A stretch of DNA of 64,000 nucleotides, from NCBI GenBank assembly GCA_965215335.1, contig CBDCDA010000001.1, forward strand, positions 1,120,001 through 1,184,000, read 5' to 3'. Position 1 is the stretch's first letter. Every line of letters begins with the position of its first letter. The notes under the pieces were generated by a model. It worked only from the letters and a program-made list of their open reading frames with translations. It was not told the origin of the DNA and ran no database searches. Positions 39,982 to 51,349 of the stretch are shown one piece after another. The stretch is from an uncultured Candidatus Entotheonella sp. (GTDB lineage Bacteria; Tectomicrobia; Entotheonellia; Entotheonellales; Entotheonellaceae). The position numbers and the translations under genes were made by a program.

Positions 39982-40230
39982 ATCGGGTGCTCCCTGTCTG
40001 TTGACCGTTTGCAGTTGGTGAAAGACGCTGATGGGAGCCGGAAGGTTTTCAGCCCGCCGCCACGCAGCCGCACTATACATGGCGGTCCGCCGCGTCGCTA
40101 GACCTGCGGAATAGAATGTGTGTAGAATGACTGCTCAGGCCTGTCCCCGAGGGCTTGGTGGTGCGGACCAGGAATCCGGTCTTGACGACCTGACCGGGCA
40201 GATGAATCCCTCGCACGCAAGGAGAGAGTT

Positions 40231-41379
40231 TTGCAGTACAACCTTATTTCCGGCGACAACCATATCGACTTGACCTACTGTCCGCCCGATCTGTGGTCGG
40301 CTGACGCGCCGGCCAAGTGGAGGCTGCTCGTGCCGCGGGTGGAAGAACTCGACGACGGCCTGCACTGGTTTGTGGAAGGTCAGGACAAGGGCATGTGGAA
40401 CGGTGTCGGACCCGGCTTTCTGAAATACCAGAAGGGTCAGTTTGCCCGCATCGACACCATGAAAGACCTCGGCTTCGAGTGGGGGCATGATTGGAGCGCC
40501 AGCCCGCGCCCGACCACGCCGGAATTGCGACTCGAAGACCTGGACCGGGACGGCGTCGACGCGGAAATCATCTATGGCTGCCTGCTGGTCAATGACCTCA
40601 TTCCCGACGGCGACCGCCGCGCCTGGGCGTACCGGCGCTACAACGACTGGGTAGCCGACTTCGCCAAACGCTCCGACCCGAATCGCGTCTTTCCACTGGC
40701 CGTCATCCCGAACAACGATCCGCAGAAAGGGGCAGCAGAAATCCGTCGCTGCGCCAAGATGGGTCTGAAAGGCGGCGACCTGCCCGTCAAGCGCATGAGC
40801 GTGCCCCTGTGGCATCACGACTGGTACCACGTGTGGGAAGCGGCTGCCGAGTGCAACTTTCCCCTTTCATTCCACTCCACCGGCTTCAAGGGCCTGCGGA
40901 CGCCGGACACGCCTGCGATGGAGAAGGAATACGAGGTCGAATGGCGCCTGCTGCGCTCGGCATTGTTCCAGCTGGACGGCATGGAAGTCCTCGTGTCCCT
41001 GATCATCTCGGGCGCCTGCGAGAAGTACCCCAACCTCAGGTTCATCCTGGGCGAGTCCGGCGTCACCTGGATACCCTACGTCCTGGATCGCCTGGATACC
41101 GAGTATGAGGACCGCGCCCGCGAACTGGGCTTCTCGATGAAGCCGAGCGACTACTTCCGGCGCAACGGGTACACGACGTACCAGCAGGACGAGTTCATCT
41201 CGACGATCATCCCGCTGGTGGGCGAGGACAACATCATCTGGGGCGCGGACTACCCGCATCCCGACTGCATCTGGCCTGATTCACGGCATCACCTCGAGGT
41301 CAACCTCGGCGAGTTGCCGGCCAGCGTGCAGCGCAAGATCACCTGCGACAACGTGATCGAGTTGTACGATCTTGCCTGA
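40231..41379 (+). CDS. Amidohydrolase_2-family protein
   Basis: ISGDNH, DRDGVDAEIIY, YNDW, SFH, ESGVTW, WGADYPHPD. Confidence 0.88.
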   Translation: MQYNLISGDNHIDLTYCPPDLWSADAPAKWRLLVPRVEELDDGLHWFVEGQDKGMWNGVGPGFLKYQKGQFARIDTMKDLGFEWGHDWSASPRPTTPELRLEDLDRDGVDAEIIYGCLLVNDLIPDGDRRAWAYRRYNDWVADFAKRSDPNRVFPLAVIPNNDPQKGAAEIRRCAKMGLKGGDLPVKRMSVPLWHHDWYHVWEAAAECNFPLSFHSTGFKGLRTPDTPAMEKEYEVEWRLLRSALFQLDGMEVLVSLIISGACEKYPNLRFILGESGVTWIPYVLDRLDTEYEDRARELGFSMKPSDYFRRNGYTTYQQDEFISTIIPLVGEDNIIWGADYPHPDCIWPDSRHHLEVNLGELPASVQRKITCDNVIELYDLA

Positions 41380-41444
41380 GTTGGATTTGCGCCAAGTTGA
41401 CGCACTAAAGAGACCTTGAACGGAAGCCAGTAAGGTACTATTGG

Positions 41445-41650
41445 GTGCTGAAGGGGGACCGCAGCCAAGCGATCGGTCGCTCACGGGATGGCCCAAGCAC
41501 CAGGATCAGCGTGATGGTTGGCGTCTTGGGTAACCTGTGCGTTTCGTGTTGCCGCTGGGTCAGCGCCATGACCTGAGGCGCCCCGCCGCCGCTTGAGAGC
41601 ATCGCGTTCGAGGCGCTGATTGCGGACAAGGCATACGACACGGAAACGAG
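41445..41650 (+). mobile_element. IS5-family transposase remnant
   Basis: Broken frames give QAIGRSR, LGNL, RFVLPLGQRHD and FEALIADKAYD. Confidence 0.7.
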
Positions 41651-41774
41651 AAACGGGGCCCCAGATTATCTGCGACAGACTCACGTTCGTGAGACTGAAA
41701 GAGGGCCGAGTTGCCCGGAGGACCGTGTACGTTCTTCGCTCCGCGCCGTGATCTTCCCTGCGAGAGAAAACGAT

Positions 41775-43815
41775 ATGTCCCCTTACCTGACTATCGGGGA
41801 GAGGGAGACAACCCTGCCCGCCCCGTGGCGCCACGCGCTATTCGCCCTGTTCATCGGCAGCATTCTGGCCTACGGCGCAGGACTTTCCTGTTACCTGCTC
41901 TCCCGATTCGATCTCATCACTCTGATCTGGAGCGCGAACCACGATGACGCCTTCTACTATTTCCAGATAGCCCGGAACCTGGCCGAGGGGCAATTCTCGA
42001 CGTTCGACGGCGGCATCACGCGGACCAACGGCTATCACCCCCTCTGGATGCTGCTTATCACGCCGTTCTACTGGGTATTCGACGCCGAGACTGCGCTCTT
42101 CGGCATCAAGGCGTTTGAGATCATGCTGGTCGCCGGCGGTGTTGCTCTCATCGCCGTGGCAGCCCGATTGGCGCGACTGCCATGGTTACTGTTGTTCGCC
42201 ACGTTGCCTCTGCTCTACCACCTCGGTAGCGGCAGCCCTCACCTCGAACTGGGGAAGCTCTTCCTGTTGACGTTCGGGATGGAAAGTGCCGCAGCGGTCT
42301 TTGTGTTGGGGATGTTCTTTCTGGTCATCCTCCTGTTTGCACGCAATCGGGCGCGCTGGCACTGGCCGCTGGCCGCCGTCGCCTTTGCCCTGCCATGGGT
42401 GCGTCTGGAGTACCTCGTCATATCGCTGTCAGCCACCGTCGCGCTGTGCCTTGCCGAATTGCCCCCCCCCCCCCCCCCGAAGAGAGTTGATCCGCACTCT
42501 GTTCGCGCGTGGCGTAGTCGTGCCATTGCTTGGCGCCGTGGCCGGTCCCCTCGTGTACTTTGCATATAACGGTCTCGTCTTTGGTGGCATCGCACCGGTA
42601 AGCGGCATGGTCAAGCAGGCCATGTCTCATCGAAAATGGGAAGCGGGCGGAGGATACAGTCTCGCACGGAACTTCCAGGACATGTTACAGATTCCCGTGT
42701 TCGACTACCGGGTGCTGCTGACGGCACTGGGTGTCTGTGCCCTGGTTTTGCTGGTCTGGTGGTGTTCGCGCCGCTCCCCGAACCCGAAGGACAGGCTGCT
42801 GCTGGCCTTTCTGGTGGGTATGGCCAGTCTGGCCACGTGCCATCTCGCGCAATTCGCATATGCGATTCTCTTCTTGCATCCGACCCTTGCAAGGTCTCTT
42901 TGGTATTATGTGCCGGGGTATCTGATGCTGGCACTGATCGTTCCGGCACACTGTTACGTGCTGATATACTTCGTTCGCCGTTTCGTAAAGTCGCAGCGGC
43001 CGAAGACAGCCGCTGTTCTGCTTCTGGGTTTGGTTCTGGTCGGCCTGATTGTCTTGATTCCGGCGGCGGGCTTCACCGCACCTTTCCGGTATGTCGACTT
43101 GCATAGCCGGTCGTTCCCTTCTGATGGGAAAGCGATTAATTATATGAACTATATGAGCACGCTGGTGATGAATCGTGTTCTTCCTGACGACAGCGTAGTC
43201 GGGTCATGGGATGCTGGCATCATCGGATACTTCTCACGCTTTCCCGTGGTTAATCTGGATGGGTTGGCGACTTCGTATGGATATTCCAGAGATCTTCAGT
43301 TTCGTCCTACTAGGGCTAGGGTATACCAGAAGTACGGTAGCGTTTATGGAATCACTCATTTCGCCAACGGTAGCATCAAATCATCCCACCATGCCGACAA
43401 TCTGATCTTCGAAAGTTCATACGGTTATTATTACTCCAGGGGCGGACCTGAGCAGATGCACTTCAGGCTGTGGTCCGCTGAGCCCGTGGAGGCTTCGTTG
43501 GGGAAACTCGACCCGGCTGCCTGGTTCTGGAACAGGATGAAACCACACTTCCACTATCGATCGAAGGATGTCGGACTCGTCGTCGACGGCCGGTTGGTTC
43601 AGGCGTTCGCCAAAGATTGTGAACCGGAGAGGCGACAGGATGACGTGTTCCTGTTTTTATGGGAAGGCCGAGGATCCATGCGTTGGCAACCGTGGTTGGG
43701 GGCGAACCGGAATCAGCTGGAGATGTGTGCGAGCTTTGTCATACTGCCCCGCAACGTGATCCATCCGGTTCGGATCGAGACGTTACCGCAGCCGAACGAC
43801 CTTTCCCATGATTGA
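41775..43815 (+). pseudogene. GT-C-like polytopic membrane glycosyltransferase, frameshifted at a C17 tract (possibly phase-variable)
   Basis: 5' frame has HDDAFYYFQIARN...TNGYHPLW; 3' frame has TM segments and WDAGIIGYFS...NLDGL. The frames switch at poly-C 42462-42478. Confidence 0.72.
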
Positions 43816-43872
43816 AAGAACAGTGTTCCGGAAAGACCGCCCGGTGCTGGGGATGATGGTCATTGCCGTACT

Positions 43873-44030
43873 TGATATGCGTTCCGTTTGAGATTAGGAA
43901 TTCTTCCGATTGGCCGAACGTCTCGGTGATGTGGCAACCTGCTGGCAGCCCCTGCGTGTGCGCTGGTGCGATGGCCGCGTGCAAGGGTTGCAGGTCACGA
44001 GCGGCACGGCGCTGTGGTATCGCAGAGCAG
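43873..44030 (+). mobile_element. IS-end-like repeat followed by a DDE transposase fragment (IS701/IS4-like)
   Basis: 37-bp repeat shared with 32633; WQPLRVRWCDGRVQGLQVTSGTALWY resembles a segment of such transposases. Confidence 0.45.
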
Positions 44031-44060
44031 TTTTTGCGGCAGGGGTCTGGCAAAATCGTT

Positions 44061-44930
44061 TCAGGCTGGAAATTGCCCGAGTTGCTTGTGAACCAGTTCG
44101 GCGTCAGGGTCGTACAGCGAGTCCACAATGGAAAAGTGGTCGAGGTCATCGGGCACGATGACCTCGGTGGGAGCGCCGCGGGCGCGCCAGAGGTCGGCCA
44201 TCAGGCGGGTCTGGCGGTGGTATTCCTCGGACTCGTCGGCGCCCACGACGAGGAGCAGGGGCGCCTGGGTGGCGTATGACTGGCGTACCGGCGAGTTGCG
44301 GGCCGCCATTTCCGGGGTCATGCGCAGCGTGTCGTTCAGGTAGGAACGCTGGATCGGATCGAGGTCGAACAGGCCGCTGATGGCGCAGACGCCTTTCACG
44401 GCATCCGGCGGGAGGCCGGGCGCAAACGCCGGCCAGTCGGTAGCGAGCATCATGCACGCCAGGTGGCCGCCTGCCGAGTGGCCGCAGACGTAGATGCGGT
44501 CCGGGTCGCCGCCATACGCCGCGGCGTGACGATACAGCCAGGCAATGGCCTCGCGGTTCTGGCGTACGATCTCGTCCATGTCCACCGTGGGTGCCAGGTC
44601 GTAATTGTTGATCACCGTCATGACGCCGTGTGGCCGCATGCCCGGCGCCACGTAGCTGCAGTCGGACTTGTCCAGCGAGTACCAATAGCCACCGTGCACG
44701 AACACGTAGACCGGCGCGCCCTGGCCCTCGGCCGGGAAGATGTCGATGGCCTCCTTGCGGCGTGGCCCGAAGGCCACGTCGAGATGCCCCTCCAGCATGG
44801 CGCGCGTCCTGGCGCTGAGCTCGCTCCAGGCGTTGAAGCGTTCCTTGTAGTCCGGGAAGCGCTGGCGGTTGTTGTACTGGACGTCGAGGGCTTGTTGATC
44901 CAGATCACGGTACACGAGCGGTGCGGACAT
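44061..44930 (-). CDS. Alpha/beta hydrolase (arylformamidase/esterase-like)
   Basis: FVHGGYW, GHSAGGHL, ISGLFDL, DHF. Confidence 0.88.
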   Translation of the reverse strand: MSAPLVYRDLDQQALDVQYNNRQRFPDYKERFNAWSELSARTRAMLEGHLDVAFGPRRKEAIDIFPAEGQGAPVYVFVHGGYWYSLDKSDCSYVAPGMRPHGVMTVINNYDLAPTVDMDEIVRQNREAIAWLYRHAAAYGGDPDRIYVCGHSAGGHLACMMLATDWPAFAPGLPPDAVKGVCAISGLFDLDPIQRSYLNDTLRMTPEMAARNSPVRQSYATQAPLLLVVGADESEEYHRQTRLMADLWRARGAPTEVIVPDDLDHFSIVDSLYDPDAELVHKQLGQFPA

Positions 44931-44958
44931 CGTTCCTCCTCCGGCGCCGGCGCTTGTC

Positions 44959-45423
44959 TCAAGCGCCGGCGGGTTGTTGCAGCCGCTCGCTGATTCGCTG
45001 CTTATGTCCCGGCGTCGGCATGGCGGAACCGTCCGCCCGGATGGTGGCGTAGGTCGCCGGGCTGGTGAGTTCGAGCAGTTCGAGGTCCGCGGAATAGTCG
45101 CGCAATTCGTGCAGCAGGTCGCCCGGCACGGTGACGGCATCGCCTTCGCGATAGACGAGTTCCTCGTCGCGGTCGGCGTAATAGAAACTCACCCAGCCCT
45201 TGAGCACCAGGGCGAACTGCATGTCAACGACGTGCCGGTGCAGGCCGTTGTGGCCGCCGTTCAGATGCCTGGCCTTGATCACGTGGGCATGAAAATTGCC
45301 GCCGGTGGCGTCGGCGAGGCCGAGGTCGCGGTAGACGAATTCCTCCCGCAGCCCGTCCGTCTCGTACTCGGCGCCGGCGGCGCGACTGACCACCAGTCGA
45401 TAGTTCTTGCTCTCCTGCGACAT
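44959..45423 (-). CDS. Cupin-domain protein
   Basis: YRDLG, LHRHVVDMQF, GDAVTVPGDLLHE. Confidence 0.82.
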   Translation of the reverse strand: MSQESKNYRLVVSRAAGAEYETDGLREEFVYRDLGLADATGGNFHAHVIKARHLNGGHNGLHRHVVDMQFALVLKGWVSFYYADRDEELVYREGDAVTVPGDLLHELRDYSADLELLELTSPATYATIRADGSAMPTPGHKQRISERLQQPAGA

Positions 45424-45441
45424 GATGCCCTCCTTGCGAAC

Positions 45442-46332
45442 TCAATCGATGATCTTGTTCAGCGGGTATTCGACGATGCCGCTCGCCCCCGCGTCCTTCA
45501 GACGCGGGATGAAGTCGCGCACCACCGACTCGTCAATGACCGTGTTGACCGCCACCCAGCCGCCGTTGGCCAGCGACGAGACGGTCGGCTTTTGCAGTGC
45601 CGGCAACGCCTTGAGCACCTCGCCGAGGTGCCTTTCGGGCACGTTCATCATCAGCCCCACCTTGCCCTCGGCGGCGATGGCGCCGCGCAGCATGAGGGTG
45701 ATGTTCTCGATCTTCTTGCGCTTCCAGCCATCCTGCCAGGCCGCGGTGTTGGCGATCAGGCGCGGCGTGCTGACGAGAATGGTGTCCACAACGCGCAAGT
45801 CGTTGGCGCGCAGCGAGCTGCCGGTCTCGGTGACCTCGACGATGGCGTCGGCGAGATGCGGCGGCTTGACCTCGGTGGCGCCCCAGGAAAATTCCACGTG
45901 CGCCTGCACGCCGTGACGCTTCAGGTAATCCGTGGTGAGGTTGACCGCCTCCGTGGCAATGTGCTTGCCCTGCAGGTCGCGCGGCCCCCGGATGGACGAC
46001 TCCTGCGGCACGGCGAGCACCCAGCGCACCGGACGGCGGCTGACCTTGGAAAACACCAGTTCGGCTACCTCGACGACCTGGGCGCGGTTTTCGACGATCC
46101 AGTCGTGCCCCGTCAGACCGGCGTCCATGACGCCGTCTTCCACGTACCGGGCGATTTCCTGGGCGCGGATGAGGATGCAGGTGATTTCCGGGTCGTCGAT
46201 ACTGGGGTAGTACGAGCGCGAGGGAAAGGTGATCTGATAACCGGCCTTGCGGAACAGTCCGGCGGCGGCCTCCTGCAGGCTGCCGGCCGGGATGCCGAGC
46301 TTCAATACCTGAGGTTGCGTCATGTCGGCCAT
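45442..46332 (-). CDS. hisG: ATP phosphoribosyltransferase (long form)
   Basis: [33 protein letters not shown]-terminal regulatory domain. Confidence 0.95.
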   Translation of the reverse strand: MADMTQPQVLKLGIPAGSLQEAAAGLFRKAGYQITFPSRSYYPSIDDPEITCILIRAQEIARYVEDGVMDAGLTGHDWIVENRAQVVEVAELVFSKVSRRPVRWVLAVPQESSIRGPRDLQGKHIATEAVNLTTDYLKRHGVQAHVEFSWGATEVKPPHLADAIVEVTETGSSLRANDLRVVDTILVSTPRLIANTAAWQDGWKRKKIENITLMLRGAIAAEGKVGLMMNVPERHLGEVLKALPALQKPTVSSLANGGWVAVNTVIDESVVRDFIPRLKDAGASGIVEYPLNKIID

Positions 46333-46728
46333 CTACGCGCTGGTGTTGTAGACTTGGCGCGGGTCGAAGACGCGCCCCGCGACGACCTGCAAGGTGTCGT
46401 CTGCCAAGCGGCGAAAGAAGCAGCTCGGGTAACCCTCGTGGCAGGCCGCGCCGCCGACCTGACGGACCTTGAGAAGCAGGGTGTCGGCGTCGCAATCCAC
46501 GTAAACACCACATACTTCCTGCACGTTGCCGCTCGCCTCCCCTTTGCGCCAGAGGCGGTTACGGCTGCGGGAGAAATAGCACGCACGGCCCGTGCGCAGG
46601 GTCTCGGCGAAGGCTTCGTGGTTCATGTAGGCCATCATCAGCACCTCGCCGGTCGCCTCGTCCTGCGTGATGACGGGTACCATGCCACCCGCCTTGTCGA
46701 AATCGATCACCTGCTCCCAACTGGACAA
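46333..46728 (-). CDS. hisI: Phosphoribosyl-AMP cyclohydrolase
   Basis: [27 protein letters not shown]. Confidence 0.95.
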   Translation of the reverse strand: MSSWEQVIDFDKAGGMVPVITQDEATGEVLMMAYMNHEAFAETLRTGRACYFSRSRNRLWRKGEASGNVQEVCGVYVDCDADTLLLKVRQVGGAACHEGYPSCFFRRLADDTLQVVAGRVFDPRQVYNTSA

Positions 46729-46854
46729 TGCTCACCCTCCTTGTTTGCCCGTAACAACGAGACCCGAAAGTCTATCACAGGTACAGCGGCGCCTGCTATA
46801 ATGGGCCTTATTCACGGCTGGCCTTGAACCCGTCCTGTCAGGAGACACCGATTT

Positions 46855-47541
46855 ATGGTTGAAAACCCCTTCCACGACATCAAGGTGTGCGTATTCGACG
46901 CCTACGGCACCTTGTTCGACTTCAACTCGGCAGCCGAGTGCTGTCGTGACGCCCTCGGCGACAAGACCGATGAACTATCGGCGCTGTGGCGCAGCAAGCA
47001 GTTGCAATACACCTGGTTGCGGGGCTTGATGGGCAGGCACAAGCCGTTCCGGGAGGTGACGGGCGACGCGCTCGATTTTGCCCTGCAGACGCTCGGGATG
47101 GACGACCCGGCGCTGCGCAATCGGCTGATGGAGCTATATGACCGAATTGAAGCCTTTCCCGAAGTGCCGGGCGTGCTGCGACGGCTGAAGCAGGCGGGCA
47201 TCGCCACCGCCATCCTGTCCAATGGTTCGCCCGACATGCTGGATGCGGCAGTTCGGCACACGGGAATCGGGGGCGATCTGGATGCAGTGCTGTCGGTCGA
47301 GGCGGTAGGCGTTTACAAGCCGCATCCATCCGTCTACGAGTTGGCCGCGCGGCAATTCGACGCGCCGCTGTCGGCGATCAGCTTTCAATCCTCGAACGCC
47401 TGGGACGCGGTGGCCGCGGCGACCTTCGGCATGCGGGTGGTGTGGTGCAACCGCTACGGGCAGCAGCGCGAGCGGCTTACGGCGCAGCCGGACGTGGAAG
47501 TCAGAACCCTGAGCGCGCTGCCGGAGATTCTCGGTCTTTAG
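46855..47541 (+). CDS. Haloacid dehalogenase type II
   Basis: FDAYGTLFD, WRSKQLQYTW, LSNG, YKP, SSNAWD. Confidence 0.92.
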   Translation: MVENPFHDIKVCVFDAYGTLFDFNSAAECCRDALGDKTDELSALWRSKQLQYTWLRGLMGRHKPFREVTGDALDFALQTLGMDDPALRNRLMELYDRIEAFPEVPGVLRRLKQAGIATAILSNGSPDMLDAAVRHTGIGGDLDAVLSVEAVGVYKPHPSVYELAARQFDAPLSAISFQSSNAWDAVAAATFGMRVVWCNRYGQQRERLTAQPDVEVRTLSALPEILGL

Positions 47542-47553
47542 GCCGAAGACCCT

Positions 47554-48072
47554 TCACGTGTTGGAAGGGTTCAAGAGGTTTTTAACGGTCTCATAGTCGC
47601 GCCGTGCCTCCTCTCGCCGCCCCAACGCCCACAGGACGGTGGCGCGGTGATTGTAGGCGTACCAGTAGTGCGGGTCGAGGTCGATGGCGCGGTTGAAGCA
47701 GCGGATGGCTTCCTCAAAGGCGCTTTGATCGGACAGCACGAGACCGAGGTTGTTGTAGGCGTCGCGGTAGTCGATGTCCAGCACCAGCGCCTGGCGGTAA
47801 TCGGCCATGGCGCACCGCAGGTCCTTGAGGTGGCGGTAGGCGATGCCGCGGTTGTTGTAGGCCACCGCGTCGGGTTGCAAGCTGATGGCCCGGCTGTAAT
47901 CGTCGATGGCCGCCTGATGGTCGCCGTGATCCAGGCAGGCGTTACCACGCAGAAAATAGGCGTGCCGGTCGCCGGGCTCCTCGCGCAGCCGTTCCGTGAG
48001 GTGCTGGGTGACTTGTACGTGGTAGTCCCGATCGCTCATATGGCTCAGATGCGGCCCATGTCGGTATTCCAC
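47554..48072 (-). CDS. Tetratricopeptide repeat protein
   Basis: Four TPR-like units starting AYFLRG, AYNNRG, AYNNLG, AYNHRA. Confidence 0.88.
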   Translation of the reverse strand: MEYRHGPHLSHMSDRDYHVQVTQHLTERLREEPGDRHAYFLRGNACLDHGDHQAAIDDYSRAISLQPDAVAYNNRGIAYRHLKDLRCAMADYRQALVLDIDYRDAYNNLGLVLSDQSAFEEAIRCFNRAIDLDPHYWYAYNHRATVLWALGRREEARRDYETVKNLLNPSNT

Positions 48073-48209
48073 CCTCCACCCTCCTCAATGGCTGAATGAT
48101 CGCAGAATCCCCTGCCCTGCCGTTTTCTGCTACACTTGACGCGCCTATGATATAGGCAAGTGCCCACCACGGAAATACGTTCAAGCATTCAGCCCGAGGA
48201 AGCCGTCTC

Positions 48210-49355
48210 ATGTTCAGACGCCAAAAGCTGACCGAAGCGCACGTGCATGACATCTTGAAGACCGTCACGTATCCGGGTTACAGCCGCGACATCGTCTCGT
48301 TTGGAATGGTCAGGAACATCAGCATCGAAGGCAAAAACGTCGGCGTGCTCATCAGGCTGACGGAACATCGACCGCAGATCGCCGAACAGATTCGTCAATC
48401 CGTTTCTGCGGCCCTGCGCGGCCTGCCGGGCGTGGGCAACTTGCAGGTCGACCTGGAGATGCCACCGGCGCCCGCCCCCCAGGCGGGACACGAGCACCGT
48501 GATCACGTTCACCACGGTCACGGGCGACAGGCGCCGCCGTTTCCCACGCACGAGGCGCAGCCGCTGCCGGGTGTGCAGGGCATCGTTGCCGTGGCGAGCG
48601 GCAAGGGCGGCGTGGGCAAGAGCACCGTCGCTACCAATCTGGCTGTGGCACTTGGCCTGGCGGGACTGCGCACCGGCCTGCTGGACGCCGACATTTACGG
48701 GCCGAACATCCCCCTGCTGATGGGCGTGGACGAAAAGCCCGAGGTCAGGGGTGACAACCGCATCGTGCCGTTCTTCAACCACGGCGTCAAAATGCAATCC
48801 CTCGGCTTTTTCCTGAGCGACAATACGCCGGTCATCTGGCGCGGTCCCATGGTGATGAAGGCCGTGCAGCAGCTTTTGCAGGATACCGACTGGGGAGAAC
48901 TGGACGTTCTCGTCATCGACCTGCCGCCCGGCACCGGCGACGTGCAACTGACGCTGGTGCAGACGGTGCCGCTCACCGGCGCGGTGCTCGTCACCACGCC
49001 GCAGAACCTGGCGCTACTGGATGTTCAGAAGGGCGCCGAGATGTTCAGGCACGTCGACGCGCCGCTGCTGGGCATTGTCGAGAACATGAGCTTCTACCTG
49101 TGCCCTGATTGCGGCAAAGAGACAGAGATCTTCCGTCACGGCGGCGGGCAAAAGGAGAGCGAGCGTCTGGGAATCCCGCTGCTCGGGCGCATTCCGCTCG
49201 AATCCGCCGTGTGCGACGCCGGCGACGCCGGGGTGCCCGTCGTGGTTGGCCAACCCGACGGCCGCGCCGGGCAGGAATTTCGTCACATCGCCGCCGCGGT
49301 CGTGGACGTGCTGACGAACAGACCCCAACGGCCGGCCGTCAAGATTATCAACTGA
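48210..49355 (+). CDS. mrp: Mrp/ApbC Fe-S cluster carrier ATPase
   Basis: N-terminal DUF59-like domain, GKGGVGKST, WRGPM, DLPPGTGD, ENMS...CPDC. Confidence 0.93.
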   Translation: MFRRQKLTEAHVHDILKTVTYPGYSRDIVSFGMVRNISIEGKNVGVLIRLTEHRPQIAEQIRQSVSAALRGLPGVGNLQVDLEMPPAPAPQAGHEHRDHVHHGHGRQAPPFPTHEAQPLPGVQGIVAVASGKGGVGKSTVATNLAVALGLAGLRTGLLDADIYGPNIPLLMGVDEKPEVRGDNRIVPFFNHGVKMQSLGFFLSDNTPVIWRGPMVMKAVQQLLQDTDWGELDVLVIDLPPGTGDVQLTLVQTVPLTGAVLVTTPQNLALLDVQKGAEMFRHVDAPLLGIVENMSFYLCPDCGKETEIFRHGGGQKESERLGIPLLGRIPLESAVCDAGDAGVPVVVGQPDGRAGQEFRHIAAAVVDVLTNRPQRPAVKIIN

Positions 49356-49413
49356 AGACTGCCTGCCCTGTTGACCCTGACCGAGATCGGCCAAGATCAG
49401 CAGGGCGGATTTC

Positions 49414-50976
49414 TCAATTTTCCACGAAGTTGCGAAGGTGGTCACTGCGGGCAGGGTGTTTCAACTTGCGCAGTGCCTGGGCTTCGATTTGCCGGATGCG
49501 TTCACGCGAGACGCCAAACATCTGCCCCACCTCTTCCAGCGTGTGCGGCGTCTCATCACCCAGCCCGAAGCGCATCCGTAAAATGCGCTCCTCCTTCGGG
49601 CTCAGCGTGTTCAGCATCTTGTGAATCTTGTCCTGCAAATCGTGATTGATGGCCGCCTCGAGAGGTGAAGGCGAGTTCTTGTCCTCGATCATCGAGCCCA
49701 GTTCGGTATTCCCGTCGCCGATGTGGTTCTCCAGCGAGATCGTGCGCTTGGCCACCTTCAGGCTGCTCTTGACCTTTTCAACCTGCAGGCCGGTGTCCTG
49801 GGCAATCTCCTCGGGCATCGGCTTGCGGCCCAGTGCGACGGTCAGGGCCTGCGTTGAACGCATGACCTTGTTGAGCATCTCGATCATGTGAACGGGGATG
49901 CGAATCGTCTTGCCCTGCTCGGCAATCGCCCGCGTGATCGCCTGGCGAATCCACCAGCTTGCGTAGGTGCTGAACTTGAAGCCGCGATGGTAATCGAACT
50001 TGTCCACCGCCCTCATCAAGCCGATGTTGCCCTCCTGGATGAGATCGAGGAACGACAAGCCGCGGTTGATGTATTTCTTGGCAATGCTGACCACCAAGCG
50101 CAGGTTCGCCTCCACCATTCCCCGCTTGGCTTGCTTGAGACGTTCCTCGATAGGGTCCAGTGCTTCGACGAAATGATGCAGAACATCGTACGCCGCCAGG
50201 GATTCGGACGTCTCATCAGCAGCCTGTGTGTCAAGCGCGTCTTGCCTGAAAGCGCTCAGCGCCTGGTAGTGCTTCTTGGCGTCTTCCACCGCCTCCTGCA
50301 ACAACGAGGTCTTGAAGTGCAGGTTTTGCAAGCGCTGCAGAACCTCCTCGGTCGCCACCGGGGCGGCCAGTCCGCATACTGTCGCTGCCTGGGTGGTCGC
50401 TCCCATGGGCCCTGACTCGCAGGGGTCGCAGGACGCCAAGGCCGCGCATACCTCATCTAGGTGATCGCTGGCGGAATGCTCCATGTCGTCAGGCAATTCG
50501 CAGACGTCCGCCAGGGCCAACTCGCCGTCTTGCAGGCGGGTCAGGAACTTGTGGGCGATGAATGGCGTCCCGAGAGCGTGCAACAGACGATCCTTTTCCG
50601 CCTGCTCGATGCGCTTGGCGATTTCCACCTCGCCTTTGCGGTCGAGCAGAGGCACCGTGCGAATCTCCTGAAAATAGACCAGCACGGGCTCGTCCGTCCG
50701 CTCCTCATAGTTTGGCCCGGACTCGGAAGGCCGTTCGTTCGCTGGGGCACCGGCGTTGCTGCCCACCGGTTCGTCGATGGCATAGCTTTCCGGTACGGCG
50801 GTCTCGGCGGCGGCGAGATCCTTTTGCTCGAATAGTGCGAACAGGTCTTCCGCCGCCCCCGTCTCCTCGGACGTGTCTGACATTTCCAGGTCTACCATGG
50901 GCAGGTCTGCCGGTAACGAACCGTCCTGGAACTCAGGCACCGTCTTCACCTTTGCAGTCCTTGAACTTTGCTTCAT
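49414..50976 (-). CDS. RpoD-family sigma-70 factor
   Basis: [42 protein letters not shown]...RERIRQIE. Confidence 0.92.
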   Translation of the reverse strand: MKQSSRTAKVKTVPEFQDGSLPADLPMVDLEMSDTSEETGAAEDLFALFEQKDLAAAETAVPESYAIDEPVGSNAGAPANERPSESGPNYEERTDEPVLVYFQEIRTVPLLDRKGEVEIAKRIEQAEKDRLLHALGTPFIAHKFLTRLQDGELALADVCELPDDMEHSASDHLDEVCAALASCDPCESGPMGATTQAATVCGLAAPVATEEVLQRLQNLHFKTSLLQEAVEDAKKHYQALSAFRQDALDTQAADETSESLAAYDVLHHFVEALDPIEERLKQAKRGMVEANLRLVVSIAKKYINRGLSFLDLIQEGNIGLMRAVDKFDYHRGFKFSTYASWWIRQAITRAIAEQGKTIRIPVHMIEMLNKVMRSTQALTVALGRKPMPEEIAQDTGLQVEKVKSSLKVAKRTISLENHIGDGNTELGSMIEDKNSPSPLEAAINHDLQDKIHKMLNTLSPKEERILRMRFGLGDETPHTLEEVGQMFGVSRERIRQIEAQALRKLKHPARSDHLRNFVEN

Positions 50977-51349
50977 CGGGTACTCCGTTGTTCACCAAGT
51001 CGTGCGACTTGGCCATTGCTGTGACTCGCAGCTCACCGCTGCGCACAAAACCGAAAGACATACACGGGCGAACAGCAACCTTACAACCCCAACCAAACTC
51101 CGCCAGATTCGGCCTACGAAGGAAACAAACGAACCGCTTCTTTACTTTCCCTCCGCATGCAAAAATCTGGCTGTAAAATCCTGCAAGACGTTGAGAATTG
51201 CTGCTGATATGATTGGATTTGTGTATGATGAAACATCTGGCAGGAACACGTCGGCAGTATATATCCGAAGCCGTTTTTTGTCAACGCCCGGCACACGATT
51301 GACAGCCTTTCACGCCTTCTGCCTGCTAACCGGAATAATTGGAGAAGCC

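Noticed and set aside
32633..43909. The 37-bp repeat pair as CRISPR repeats or prophage att sites
   Set aside because: Only two copies 11 kb apart, with no spacers, cas genes or integrase, and the interval contains the housekeeping gene adk.
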